From a virus (taxonomy: Duplodnaviria; Caudoviricetes), in the IMG/VR virus record IMGVR_UViG_2599185230_000001, positions 32,001 through 96,000 of that record: a DNA stretch of 64,000 nucleotides, one strand, 5' to 3'. The translations under genes were made by a program, and so were the position numbers. Within the stretch, counting starts at the first letter, position 1. Every line of letters begins with the position of its first letter. The notes below the pieces were generated by a model. The model did not search any database. It was not told the DNA's origin and saw only the letters and a list, made by a program, of their open reading frames with translations. Positions 1-8,589 of the stretch are shown piece after piece.

Positions 1-305
1 GCAGACTGGTTTTTTAAAACACCATCTTGCCATATGGCATCCAGTTCCCTGTGAAAATCAGGAGTTTGGCGGCTGAAGTAGTGGGGGAAATATGCTTTCC
101 CGAAATACTCCAGATCGATAGCCCCAAGCTTTTTTCTTATCCCGTGTTTGCCGGTCAGGGGCTTTCCATCCCGGTAGTCTTGCAAAAGCTTCAAACGCTC
201 GGGCGAAGAGTCCCTCTGCAGGTATTTCTCCATGAGCATTTTTAGCTCTTCCACCCCCTGGTGCACTTCCAGGTTTCGTTCCCTGATGTCTTTTAAAATG
301 CTCAC
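1..305 (-). CDS. Large terminase subunit, N-terminal part (not in ORF track; runs off the window)
   Basis: GGAGGTGG RBS then GTG at 305; open frame MSILKDIRERNLE...LGAIDLEYFGKAYFPHYF...FHRELDAIW; position downstream of DUF3486. Confidence 0.75.
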   Translation of the reverse strand, partial: MSILKDIRERNLEVHQGVEELKMLMEKYLQRDSSPERLKLLQDYRDGKPLTGKHGIRKKLGAIDLEYFGKAYFPHYFSRQTPDFHRELDAIWQDGVLKNQS

Positions 306-423
306 TTGACCACCTCCATCCCCGGGCATAGCTTCGCCATCCAACACTTTCCTTCAAAGTGCAGCACTTTACTTCGTTTGTTCTCGTAGCGCCACGTCAC
401 CGCCGAAACAGGTGCCGCTTTAC

Positions 424-918
424 TTACGATGCCTGAATAAACTCAATCCCGAGGTTAACCTCCATTTCTTTCTGAAAGAGCGTTAACCTGACCTTTGCTC
501 TTCTTTTGCGCTTATCAATCTTTACAATATAGCCTTCCATGCCCGTAAGCGGGCCGTTAATAACTTTAATTGATTCGCCGATTTCCAGGGTGGACAATCC
601 AACCAATTCATCATCCTTACACAACCACAAAACATTAGCCATTTGATCATCAGGCACTGGAATGGGTCTGTGGTGAGCTAAAAAATTGATGACACCTGCT
701 ATTCGCCTGGCCGCATAATAATTCTTTTCATCCAGATCCATTTGCACAAAAACATACGATGGGAAAAGAATTCTGACGACTTCCCTAAAAGTACCCTTGT
801 GTCGTTCAATAACTTTTTGCCTGGGCGCCAGGGCATTTATGCCGGGTAGATCCAGAAGCAGCTTCTCCTTGATAGTGGTTTCTTCCCCAGTCATGACGTG
901 GAGCACATACCATTTCAT
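424..918 (-). CDS. NusG-paralogue antiterminator (LoaP-like; NGN + KOW)
   Basis: WYVLHVMTGEE, LFPSYVFV, KOW GESIKVINGPLTGMEG, basic IDKRKRRAKV. Confidence 0.9.
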   Translation of the reverse strand: MKWYVLHVMTGEETTIKEKLLLDLPGINALAPRQKVIERHKGTFREVVRILFPSYVFVQMDLDEKNYYAARRIAGVINFLAHHRPIPVPDDQMANVLWLCKDDELVGLSTLEIGESIKVINGPLTGMEGYIVKIDKRKRRAKVRLTLFQKEMEVNLGIEFIQAS

Positions 919-1484
919 GATTCTTCAGCTTCCAATCTTTCAGCCACTCTGTTGGCTACCTGGATCAGCCTTTCACACAATTCAGGCTCCACTCCTTCAA
1001 GCTCTGCATAAACTTCCTTCTTAAATTCCGCCAGGGCAATTTTAGCTTCCTGAGCCAGGTCGGCCCTAATTCTATCCTTATAAACCTTAGTCCTCGACAG
1101 AGCCACCATTACCCGGGCCGCCTTATCCAGGGGCATCTCATCCCATTCCTCTTGGGCCTGGGCCAACTTCTTGGTTAGCTCACCGCTCATGATCTGCAGC
1201 GCCCCTTCGGTATAGTCGGCATCGGGATTTTTCTTAATTGCCTCAATCAACATCCTGGTTTGTTCCTGGGCCTCCAGCAGCCTTTGGGTAGCGTGATTGG
1301 TTCGCAGCGCATATCTGCCGATAGCGCTTTTGGAGATGTCATACCCTTCGGACTTTAGGTGCTCGGATATATCATTGTACGTATTATTGGTATCCAGAAG
1401 CATAGCCTCAACTTTTAATTTCAGCTCTTCCGGCAGCTCATCCACTTTAGACCTTGTTCTTGTCCGTTGCCTTTGCTCACCCAC
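915..1484 (-). CDS. DUF3486 / Mu gp27-like protein (putative small terminase)
   Basis: RSKVDELPEEL...GYDISKSAIGRY signature; position. Confidence 0.85.
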   Translation of the reverse strand: MGEQRQRTRTRSKVDELPEELKLKVEAMLLDTNNTYNDISEHLKSEGYDISKSAIGRYALRTNHATQRLLEAQEQTRMLIEAIKKNPDADYTEGALQIMSGELTKKLAQAQEEWDEMPLDKAARVMVALSRTKVYKDRIRADLAQEAKIALAEFKKEVYAELEGVEPELCERLIQVANRVAERLEAEES

Positions 1485-1816
1485 TAGATGTCAACTCCCG
1501 GATCATCTTTGTGGCCCTCAACCAGTAATTCTCCCTCCGGGGTTAGCCTGATCATGGCATCGTTTAAATAAGCAGTGTAAGAGGTCACCTTATCGTTGGT
1601 GTACTCAATATAGCCCCTTTTCTCCAGATAGTTTAAATACACAGAAATGTCGGGGGAGATAATTATTCCATCCCTTAGCATGACATTTACCAATTGGCGA
1701 CATAGCAGGCTATTGTTATGTCCTTTTACAAGTGACCGGATAATATAGCCTCTAACTGCGGCGTTCTTAGCAGCCATCTGCTGTCCGCCTTCAATCACGC
1801 CTACCACCCCTTTCAA
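1484..1816 (-). CDS. Winged-helix phage protein (Mu gp26-like); real start probably near 1777
   Basis: RGYIIRSL...LNYLEKRGYI...LTPEG...DPGV. Confidence 0.65.
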   Translation of the reverse strand: MKGVVGVIEGGQQMAAKNAAVRGYIIRSLVKGHNNSLLCRQLVNVMLRDGIIISPDISVYLNYLEKRGYIEYTNDKVTSYTAYLNDAMIRLTPEGELLVEGHKDDPGVDI

Positions 1817-2087
1817 TTGTTAGATATTCCAGCAGCTTATCCAGCTTTTTATCCATACCGGTTATTTTCCGGTCAACCGCATTCATGGCAGCTGCATGAT
1901 CTTCCCTGGTGGTATAGATAAAAGGCAGGTCACTTTTTAGGTTATTTAATTTATCCTCCACATCCTGAACCCGATTCTCGTTCTCCTTCATTCTGATTTT
2001 CAGGTCATTCATAGTGGTTTTTAAAAAATAACCAATTATGCCTATTCCAATCATTGTGGCCGTTTGCATCATCCAGCCAAAGTCCAT
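1791..2087 (-). CDS. Membrane-anchored coiled-coil phage protein (lysis-region type)
   Basis: N-terminal TM helix, coiled coil, LPFIYTTRED. Confidence 0.6.
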   Translation of the reverse strand: MDFGWMMQTATMIGIGIIGYFLKTTMNDLKIRMKENENRVQDVEDKLNNLKSDLPFIYTTREDHAAAMNAVDRKITGMDKKLDKLLEYLTIERGGRRD

Positions 2088-2513
2088 TTAGATAGCACCT
2101 TCCTTGATTTCCAGCACCTTGGCTTCAATGGTGTTCCTAATGTATGCGTCAACGTCGCCCAGGGTAGCTTTCAAAGCATTTACATACTCAGGCTCCATAG
2201 TCTTCTTAATTTCATTAAATGCAACTTTTGATAGTTCGATCAAATCTTCCTTACTCTTGACGCCGTCTTTAACAGCCTGCCGCATCTCCTTAGCCACGGT
2301 TTGTTCAATTTTCTTAACAGTCTTTTCAGCTACATCATCCAGTCTAAAAATAGCATCATGGATGAGCCCGCGCTCTTCTTCGCTATCGATTTTGTTGGTC
2401 TCGGCAACCAATTTATCTGTCATTTTTTTAATGCCATAGATAGCGATCGAAGCAAGTAAAGTTAATACTGCCAAAGACAAATTGTACAAAAAATCCTGCA
2501 CTAACCCTTCCAC
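2088..2513 (-). CDS. Holin-like membrane protein, first late gene
   Basis: Single N-terminal TM helix; strong RBS AAAGGAGGTG. Confidence 0.5.
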   Translation of the reverse strand: MEGLVQDFLYNLSLAVLTLLASIAIYGIKKMTDKLVAETNKIDSEEERGLIHDAIFRLDDVAEKTVKKIEQTVAKEMRQAVKDGVKSKEDLIELSKVAFNEIKKTMEPEYVNALKATLGDVDAYIRNTIEAKVLEIKEGAI

Positions 2514-2541
2514 TATGGTCCACCTCCTTTCTTTATAAAAT

Positions 2542-2579
2542 AAAAAAATACCGGCAAGGCTTTTGCCTATACCGGTATT
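2542..2579 (-). terminator. Intrinsic terminator after mor
   Basis: AATACCGG..GGCAAAAGCC..CCGGTATT followed by a T-run on the minus strand. Confidence 0.65.
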
Positions 2580-2631
2580 CTACTAATTTTGGCCGTAAGT
2601 TTATATTCCAAGCACTTCTAAGAATTAACTC

Positions 2632-2973
2632 TTATGAAGCATCTTGTTCATCTAAACCAAACCCGAAATCCAAGAGAGTTAATTGACCGTCATTAGCTGG
2701 ACCACATATTTCAACTATCCAGCGCTCACTTAAATTATATTTTTTGGCAAGTTCGGCATGATTATAACCATTAAACTCCTTTTTAATGTTAATATCCCTG
2801 GCCGGCCTTAAAAATGTATCTGCTTTTGGTATATAAATCGTTTTACCACCTAATATCTTAGCCAGCTTAATAAAATTCTCAATTCCGATTATCTCAGCCA
2901 GCTCTCTATAAGAATCAGGAATCATATCCAGAGTCAGATCATTTATCCAACTTTCTAGCACCAACAGGATCAC
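2632..2973 (-). CDS. mor: Mor/C-family transcription activator
   Basis: LGGKTIYIPK...RDINIKKEFNGYNHAELAKKYNLSERWI. Confidence 0.9.
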   Translation of the reverse strand: MILLVLESWINDLTLDMIPDSYRELAEIIGIENFIKLAKILGGKTIYIPKADTFLRPARDINIKKEFNGYNHAELAKKYNLSERWIVEICGPANDGQLTLLDFGFGLDEQDAS

Positions 2974-3027
2974 CCCCTATTATATGCCGAAAAAGGTTTA
3001 AAGGAAATGCCTTGTTTTTAATTGACA

Positions 3028-3840
3028 CTATTTCTGCGTACTAACCCCAACTTTATTCAGCACATACTCAATGGTACGTCGCATAAATACTGCACTTTCC
3101 GCTCTTGTAGTTGGCTTATCAGGATAAAATTTATTATCTTTATAACCTGAAACAAGTCCTTCTTTAGCTAACCACTCAATGTCACCAGCGGCATAGTGTC
3201 CTATAATATCCTTGAACATTGACAAAATCTCCTCCTTAAATTTTGTGTTCCACCATCCTTCATTTCCGTAAGACTCGTTAAAATCCACATTAATTCCCGC
3301 TAAAGCTTGATCGTTTTTATATTGATATATGTTTACATATTGGCTTTTTTTGCCCTGTGACCAAGCGTAAGTTTGCCAAAAGTTATTAACTACACCACGT
3401 CTGGCCATCTCCTCAACCACGTTAAATGAGCCATAAACACCAATATTATAATCAACTAAAACGCTGGCAGCTGCACCTAGATATTGTTCAATTACTGAAT
3501 AGTCTTTTGGTTGAGCATCATAATCCACTGCAAAATAAATAACTGTGCCTTTGGGCTGACCAATCTCCAAGGCCTCTTTGAGTGCTAGTGCCCCGTCAGC
3601 TTTTCCAGCGGCTGCACCACCAGTAGACCGGTTTGCTGATGTTTCAAACACGCTTATTATATTTAATCCGGCAGTGGTAATAGCTTCAGCCTCCTGTTTA
3701 GTAAGACGCTTCCATGCCATTGACGGAGTATTAGGCACTAAATAACGGCAAATAAACTTCATCCCGGTGGCTGCTATTGTCTTTGCTGTTTCAACAGTTA
3801 GCGGCGTGGCGCAATCAATACCTTTCATATTATTATTCAC
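3028..3840 (-). CDS. DUF1906 (GH25-like) glycoside hydrolase with C-terminal SLH domain; probable endolysin
   Basis: GIDCATPL, FICRYL, IYFAVDYD, WQTYAWS; SLH FKDIIGHYA...GY.D.KFYPDKPTTRAE. Confidence 0.85.
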   Translation of the reverse strand: MNNNMKGIDCATPLTVETAKTIAATGMKFICRYLVPNTPSMAWKRLTKQEAEAITTAGLNIISVFETSANRSTGGAAAGKADGALALKEALEIGQPKGTVIYFAVDYDAQPKDYSVIEQYLGAAASVLVDYNIGVYGSFNVVEEMARRGVVNNFWQTYAWSQGKKSQYVNIYQYKNDQALAGINVDFNESYGNEGWWNTKFKEEILSMFKDIIGHYAAGDIEWLAKEGLVSGYKDNKFYPDKPTTRAESAVFMRRTIEYVLNKVGVSTQK

Positions 3841-4246
3841 CGTCCTTTTTCTCTCTTATTAATTCAATGGAGCTATTGTTCTTGATTAAATGGCTTTTTA
3901 ATGACCTAAACGATGACCAATATGGTAGATAGTAAGTATATTTAGCTTCAGGATCTTGAAGACCGCGCAAACGCTTTGATATTTTTTTCATTGCAGCCTT
4001 ATGTTTTTGATTATAAACTGATTTTTTCACTGGGCAACAAAAGCGCCGCCTCTCTTCGCAATCATCCAATAACCATTTATACTCAAATATACCATTTACA
4101 TATACTATTATCCCATTCTTCATTTGACTGAGTCTTTTCAAAACAAGTGCAACCTTATACCCATCACATTTCAGCTCAACGTGACTAAATATAGATTGCA
4201 ATTGTTGTTCAACTTCTTTCCAATCTTCATTAGTCAATTTAACCAC
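3833..4246 (-). CDS. Hypothetical Mu-like phage protein
   Basis: 137 aa, overlapping start/stop with neighbours. Confidence 0.7.
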   Translation of the reverse strand: MVKLTNEDWKEVEQQLQSIFSHVELKCDGYKVALVLKRLSQMKNGIIVYVNGIFEYKWLLDDCEERRRFCCPVKKSVYNQKHKAAMKKISKRLRGLQDPEAKYTYYLPYWSSFRSLKSHLIKNNSSIELIREKKDGE

Positions 4247-4254
4247 ATCCTTAT

Positions 4255-4671
4255 TTACTTGAACTGGTTAATTCCAATCAACTCTCTTACGGGAACTCCT
4301 GCTTTCTTCAGAGGAAACCACACATCATAGTAAAACATGTGTCTAAAGTATCCCCTGGCATAACGTATACTTCCGTCGCCATAGTCACTAAAATTTTCCG
4401 GCCTTCTAATGTCTAACGGGTTACCCTGGAACAGAGCAAGTTTTATGCAAAAAGCAAAAGTGTGACCGGTTCCGCGCCCCTCGATGTAACATTTTCCGTC
4501 ATGGTTATGACTCAACCTGGCACCCTCAAAATTTCCACTACCGAAAACTACACACGGGCATATATATAATGGATAATCCTTTCCATGAAAAATGAAGTCA
4601 ACTTGCCATGGATAGAGTTTCACACCAAGGGCACGTTCTATTAATTCCAGCGGTACCATTTGTTCGCGCAT
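4255..4671 (-). CDS. Hypothetical phage protein
   Basis: 138 aa in operon. Confidence 0.65.
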   Translation of the reverse strand: MREQMVPLELIERALGVKLYPWQVDFIFHGKDYPLYICPCVVFGSGNFEGARLSHNHDGKCYIEGRGTGHTFAFCIKLALFQGNPLDIRRPENFSDYGDGSIRYARGYFRHMFYYDVWFPLKKAGVPVRELIGINQFK

Positions 4672-4713
4672 AATTCACGTCCCTTTTTTAAATGTTTTTG
4701 GTTGAAATGTTCA

Positions 4714-5241
4714 CTAAGCCGCTTCCTTCTGCAATTCCTCCCGCAACACATCTGCCAACCTGGGCAGTAACTTTTGCCCAAACGCCTTGATGTCGGAAGG
4801 ATAATCGTAGCAGGCAAATTCGTGGGCTTCATCAATTTTCGTCTCGTCGTGCCAGCGAGTGAAATCTATTACCGATATAAAATTATGTTCATATTCCTTT
4901 ATCAGGTCCCATTCTTCTCTGGCAAATTCCTTTGAGTAAGAACCGTCGCGGCGGTAGTACAGGATATGTTCTTTAATTGACTTAATGGTGTTTTCTCCAT
5001 CAAACTCCTTTTCTTGTCCTTGAAAAAGCTTTTTAATGTAATACTCGTTATCTGAACCATGTTTAATGTCGATGAAAAATTCCCGGAAGTCCTTACAGCC
5101 GTGATGTGTCCACTTAAAGGCATAATTGCCATAATCGGTTACTGCCGCAAACATCCCAGTGGAGTCTAGGAGGAATATTCCCCAACCTTCGATGCTGTCA
5201 ATAGGTGGCAGTGAATATCGCCAGAACTTAATATCGCTCAA
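4714..5241 (-). CDS. Hypothetical phage protein
   Basis: 175 aa, RBS AAAGGAGG. Confidence 0.7.
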   Translation of the reverse strand: MSDIKFWRYSLPPIDSIEGWGIFLLDSTGMFAAVTDYGNYAFKWTHHGCKDFREFFIDIKHGSDNEYYIKKLFQGQEKEFDGENTIKSIKEHILYYRRDGSYSKEFAREEWDLIKEYEHNFISVIDFTRWHDETKIDEAHEFACYDYPSDIKAFGQKLLPRLADVLREELQKEAA

Positions 5242-5302
5242 ATCTTAATCCTCCTTTGTTTCACACTTTTTAGCTCCTGCCGTTCCCTGGTTGTACTGTG
5301 AA

Positions 5303-5539
5303 CTAAGCTTCCTGTATATCTTCAATCTCTGTCAAAAGTATGTTAGTAATATTGCCATCCTCATCCGCAATAACAATTTTATCGTCAAGTATTTCATAAA
5401 TCTCTGCCGCATGACAACTGCCATCTTTTGTCCAAATGTCTGCCGAATCATAGGGACCTAATTCAAAATTATCATCCATTTCGTCGCCCTGATTGGTGTC
5501 TTTTTCAACAAAAAGCTTTTTGACAACGTCTAATTTCAT
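5303..5539 (-). CDS. Small acidic hypothetical protein
   Basis: RBS AAGGAGG. Confidence 0.6.
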   Translation of the reverse strand: MKLDVVKKLFVEKDTNQGDEMDDNFELGPYDSADIWTKDGSCHAAEIYEILDDKIVIADEDGNITNILLTEIEDIQEA

Positions 5540-5581
5540 ACATTTTCCTCCTTCGCATTCTTTTAGCTACTACGCAGAGCA

Positions 5582-5821
5582 TCAATTGTGTCGTTTTCCA
5601 CGCTTCTTTTGCCACTTATTTTGAGAAAGGAACTTTTTAAAAACCTTCTTATCAGCATCACTACTCAGCACCAGCACATGACATTTTAAGTCCTGGTTAT
5701 ATCGAATTTGCCTTCGGTCTTTACCTAAAGCCTCGCAGATCCAAAATATCTGACGCCTTACTTCACCGGCTATGTAGACCGTACCATTGTTGTCATTGTA
5801 AATATCAATTGCAGCGCTCAT
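5582..5821 (-). CDS. Hypothetical protein
   Basis: TAATG coupling to the upstream ATPase. Confidence 0.6.
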   Translation of the reverse strand: MSAAIDIYNDNNGTVYIAGEVRRQIFWICEALGKDRRQIRYNQDLKCHVLVLSSDADKKVFKKFLSQNKWQKKRGKRHN

Positions 5822-6678
5822 TACAATATCCCCTTAAACCGGTAATCCAGGGCCAGTGGGTCTTCATCCTCACGGAGGAGCATTTTGCCCAGGTACATCT
5901 TGCCCGTATGCTGATTCCTGGTCTTTTCAAAGAGCCTGCCAGCCGTAGCCTTGGAGAGAAAACCAATCAATTGGTGAAAGTATTCGCTGGTGTAGATGAT
6001 AGGGAGCTGCTTCCGGTACCGGTAATCTACAATCCCGTAAAACTCTTTAATCCATGTATCTTTCTGGCTTTCCTTGCACACATCATCAATAATTAAAAGA
6101 TCGCAAGTATAAAGCTTTTGCCTGATTTCGTCTACCTTGTATGCTTCGTCTGGCTTATTGTAATAGGACAGCCATTCAGAAAAACTTTGGACCCAGTTAA
6201 AGAACATCGGGCAAATTCCCAACTCAATAAGGGGAAGGACGGCAGCAGTGGCCAGGTGAGTCTTACCGCAACCAGAGGTGCCCAATAGTCCCATCCAAGG
6301 GGACCCTTGCAGGCTTTCGCCACGTTTCACCCTGGCTACTAATCCCTTTGAATACTCCCTGGCGATGCTATACGCATTAACCACTCGGCGATCCGTATCA
6401 TTAATGTCGAAGTTGTCAAAATTCTTGTGGATGAATTCATCGCTGATATTGCAGGATTTTAGAAGCTTTTGCAGTTTTCTTCGCTCCATACACTTGCAGG
6501 GATAGGCTACATTCAGGCCTGGGTCGTCGATTACACCATTATCCTGGCACAGGTCGCACTCATATTCCGGAGAGTCTCCGTTTAAAGGCTTCTTCGGCTC
6601 TTGAGTCACGCTTACCGGACGGCTTTGCCGCTTCAGCAGTTTTTCTTGAATCGTGATCCCCTCCATGGACTGAACCAC
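5821..6678 (-). CDS. DnaC/IstB-like helicase-loader ATPase
   Basis: CDLC...CKC Zn motif, Walker A GTSGCGKT, Walker B LLIIDD. Confidence 0.88.
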   Translation of the reverse strand: MVQSMEGITIQEKLLKRQSRPVSVTQEPKKPLNGDSPEYECDLCQDNGVIDDPGLNVAYPCKCMERRKLQKLLKSCNISDEFIHKNFDNFDINDTDRRVVNAYSIAREYSKGLVARVKRGESLQGSPWMGLLGTSGCGKTHLATAAVLPLIELGICPMFFNWVQSFSEWLSYYNKPDEAYKVDEIRQKLYTCDLLIIDDVCKESQKDTWIKEFYGIVDYRYRKQLPIIYTSEYFHQLIGFLSKATAGRLFEKTRNQHTGKMYLGKMLLREDEDPLALDYRFKGIL

Positions 6679-6916
6679 CTCTCAGATTTCTCAAAATGCC
6701 ACGAGTGTAATTCTCTCTTATATGGGGGTATTTCTCAATGTGAATTTTTAAGGCTTTAATCACTACTTCCGGGTCAAACTTAGCCCAGTATTCCAGCTCC
6801 TTTTGCTTGATACCAACGGATACTCTATTGCTCCTTCTGGTGAAGCGGATAGTATCCCAATAATCAGCGATAGTTTTCTGCTGATCTGGCGTATATCTTT
6901 CAAGGAGTTTTTCCAC
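6560..6916 (-). CDS. DnaD-like replication initiator domain protein
   Basis: EVVIKALKI...ENYTRGILRN (YxxGIL motif); directly upstream of the DnaC-like gene. Confidence 0.6.
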   Translation of the reverse strand: MEKLLERYTPDQQKTIADYWDTIRFTRRSNRVSVGIKQKELEYWAKFDPEVVIKALKIHIEKYPHIRENYTRGILRNLRGGSVHGGDHDSRKTAEAAKPSGKRDSRAEEAFKRRLSGI

Positions 6917-7310
6917 TGCCGGCTGCCTCCCTTTGCATGCGCTTTTTCATAGCCTTTAAAGCTTCAATTACATCACTGGCCTGACTAAATTTTAAATATC
7001 TTGGATGACTGACCCCCTGCCTGTTCTCCAAAAAACCGCGCAGCCGCCTGGGGTTATCTTTCCAGCCCAACTCCTCAGCCAGCTTATTAATTTGCCACAC
7101 TTGCTTACCGGTTGCTCTGTCAGCGGTAGTGGTGTGGCCAAGTATCTGATTTAGCCGGTCAATCACCCTGATGCCCTGTCTCTTAGTTAGGGCCTTAATG
7201 CTTTCAGAGCCGGTCACCGCAGTGACCAGCTCATGAAGCACCTCATTATCAAGACCGGCTTCTCTTGCCAGGGCAAATATCTTCTTAATTTGATCATAGC
7301 TTATTTTCAT
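6900..7310 (-). CDS. gemA: GemA / DUF1018 regulator
   Basis: QIKKIFALAREAGLD...ASDVIEALKAM. Confidence 0.8.
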   Translation of the reverse strand: MKISYDQIKKIFALAREAGLDNEVLHELVTAVTGSESIKALTKRQGIRVIDRLNQILGHTTTADRATGKQVWQINKLAEELGWKDNPRRLRGFLENRQGVSHPRYLKFSQASDVIEALKAMKKRMQREAAGSGKTP

Positions 7311-7316
7311 GGGGCA

Positions 7317-7949
7317 TCACCTTCGTCCTTCGTATTCCAATCCGACACTGATACCAGCTTCGATGAAAACAGCTTTTTTAATTTGCGCTATTTGTTCGTC
7401 AGTAAGCTCTCCGAAGAACCGATCCACCAGCTCAAAGTTTTTATATAACCTGATATAGTGCAACTCTTCTTCACAATCTCCCAACACACCAACACTTTCA
7501 AGCACCTTTTTGTCTCTTAAGTAATCGCCTTTCAACTTCTTTTTGACTGCCTTAATTGCTTTATCATCCAATTCTAGGACTTCCAGTACTTGTTCGATAG
7601 ATATTTCATCGCTGTAATCATCATTGCAAAGGGCAATTAAAGCTTCTTTAAATCTTGATTCCGTTTCATATTTGATTTCTTCTTTACGTGTGATCTTAGC
7701 TTTTGCGATTTCCCCTAACACTTCGACCAGCCGATTAAAGTTATCAATATCAAGCTTTTCCTTATGAACCACGTTAAAACTACCATATAGCCCGAAAATT
7801 TGCATAAACTTCAGGTTTTTATTATCCATTTCCTCATAAGCCGCATTGGTAAGTTTGGCTTTTAACTGATCTAAGGTCTTTTTATCCTTTTTCATTTTCT
7901 TTTCCAAGGAAATGGCCTCATCAACCAAGCTGAATAATTCCTCTTGCAT
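7317..7949 (-). CDS. Conserved Mu-like phage protein (gam position); start reset to ATG 7949
   Basis: RBS GGGAGGG; helical protein. Confidence 0.6.
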   Translation of the reverse strand: MQEELFSLVDEAISLEKKMKKDKKTLDQLKAKLTNAAYEEMDNKNLKFMQIFGLYGSFNVVHKEKLDIDNFNRLVEVLGEIAKAKITRKEEIKYETESRFKEALIALCNDDYSDEISIEQVLEVLELDDKAIKAVKKKLKGDYLRDKKVLESVGVLGDCEEELHYIRLYKNFELVDRFFGELTDEQIAQIKKAVFIEAGISVGLEYEGRR

Positions 7950-7951
7950 GT

Positions 7952-8206
7952 CTAACCCTCCCTGGTTTTCTCGTTCATCATCCGCAAGCAGCCCGAGCAA
8001 ACAAACCGTCCTGCGTGAGCGATAAGATCAACATCAGACTTACAGAAAACACATTCACCTTGAATACGCTTTAAAACAATACTTCCCTCGTTGTTGACGC
8101 TAATACGAAACCGTTCTCCGCTATCAATACCAAAACTGCTGCGGCGCATGGCTGCTGGTAGCGTGATAGAGCCGCTTTTACTAAGCTTTTTGTTAAACTG
8201 CTCCAA
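7952..8206 (-). CDS. AbrB-family DNA-binding protein with C-terminal Zn ribbon
   Basis: KLSKSGSITLPAAMRR; CVFC...CSGC; TTG after GAGGAGG. Confidence 0.85.
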   Translation of the reverse strand: MEQFNKKLSKSGSITLPAAMRRSSFGIDSGERFRISVNNEGSIVLKRIQGECVFCKSDVDLIAHAGRFVCSGCLRMMNEKTREG

Positions 8207-8210
8207 TCGC

Positions 8211-8345
8211 TTACTCCTCCTCTTTAAAAGTTTTAACTGCATGACCATCCTCGCACAGCATCACCAGACCAGCTTCCCGGTAAAGACTGTCCAACTCACA
8301 AATGCTAATATTGTCCAAGACACACTCCACTGCTGCCATTGCCAT
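8211..8345 (-). CDS. 44-aa hypothetical protein (not in ORF track)
   Basis: RBS GGAAGGTGG; MAMAAVECVLDNISICELDSLYREAGLVMLCEDGHAVKTFKEEE fills the operon gap. Confidence 0.55.
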   Translation of the reverse strand: MAMAAVECVLDNISICELDSLYREAGLVMLCEDGHAVKTFKEEE

Positions 8346-8368
8346 AAATAGCACCACCTTCCGTATTT

Positions 8369-8578
8369 TTAATAAGCAAATGCAATCATCTTAATGCATC
8401 CGGCCGCCGGTACAAAATGAATCTCACCGTCATCCAATTTAACTATCACCGTACCGGCCACGCCGCGCTCTACCTGGTACCCCTCAGCCGTCTTTTCCCG
8501 GGCCAAATCATTTAATTCCCGGGGCATCGTGATCACATCGTTAACCGCCTTACAGATCGATTCATGGACTTTCTTCAT
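8369..8578 (-). CDS. Hypothetical protein
   Basis: 69 aa in operon. Confidence 0.65.
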   Translation of the reverse strand: MKKVHESICKAVNDVITMPRELNDLAREKTAEGYQVERGVAGTVIVKLDDGEIHFVPAAGCIKMIAFAY

Positions 8579-8589
8579 AACCGTGCCCC

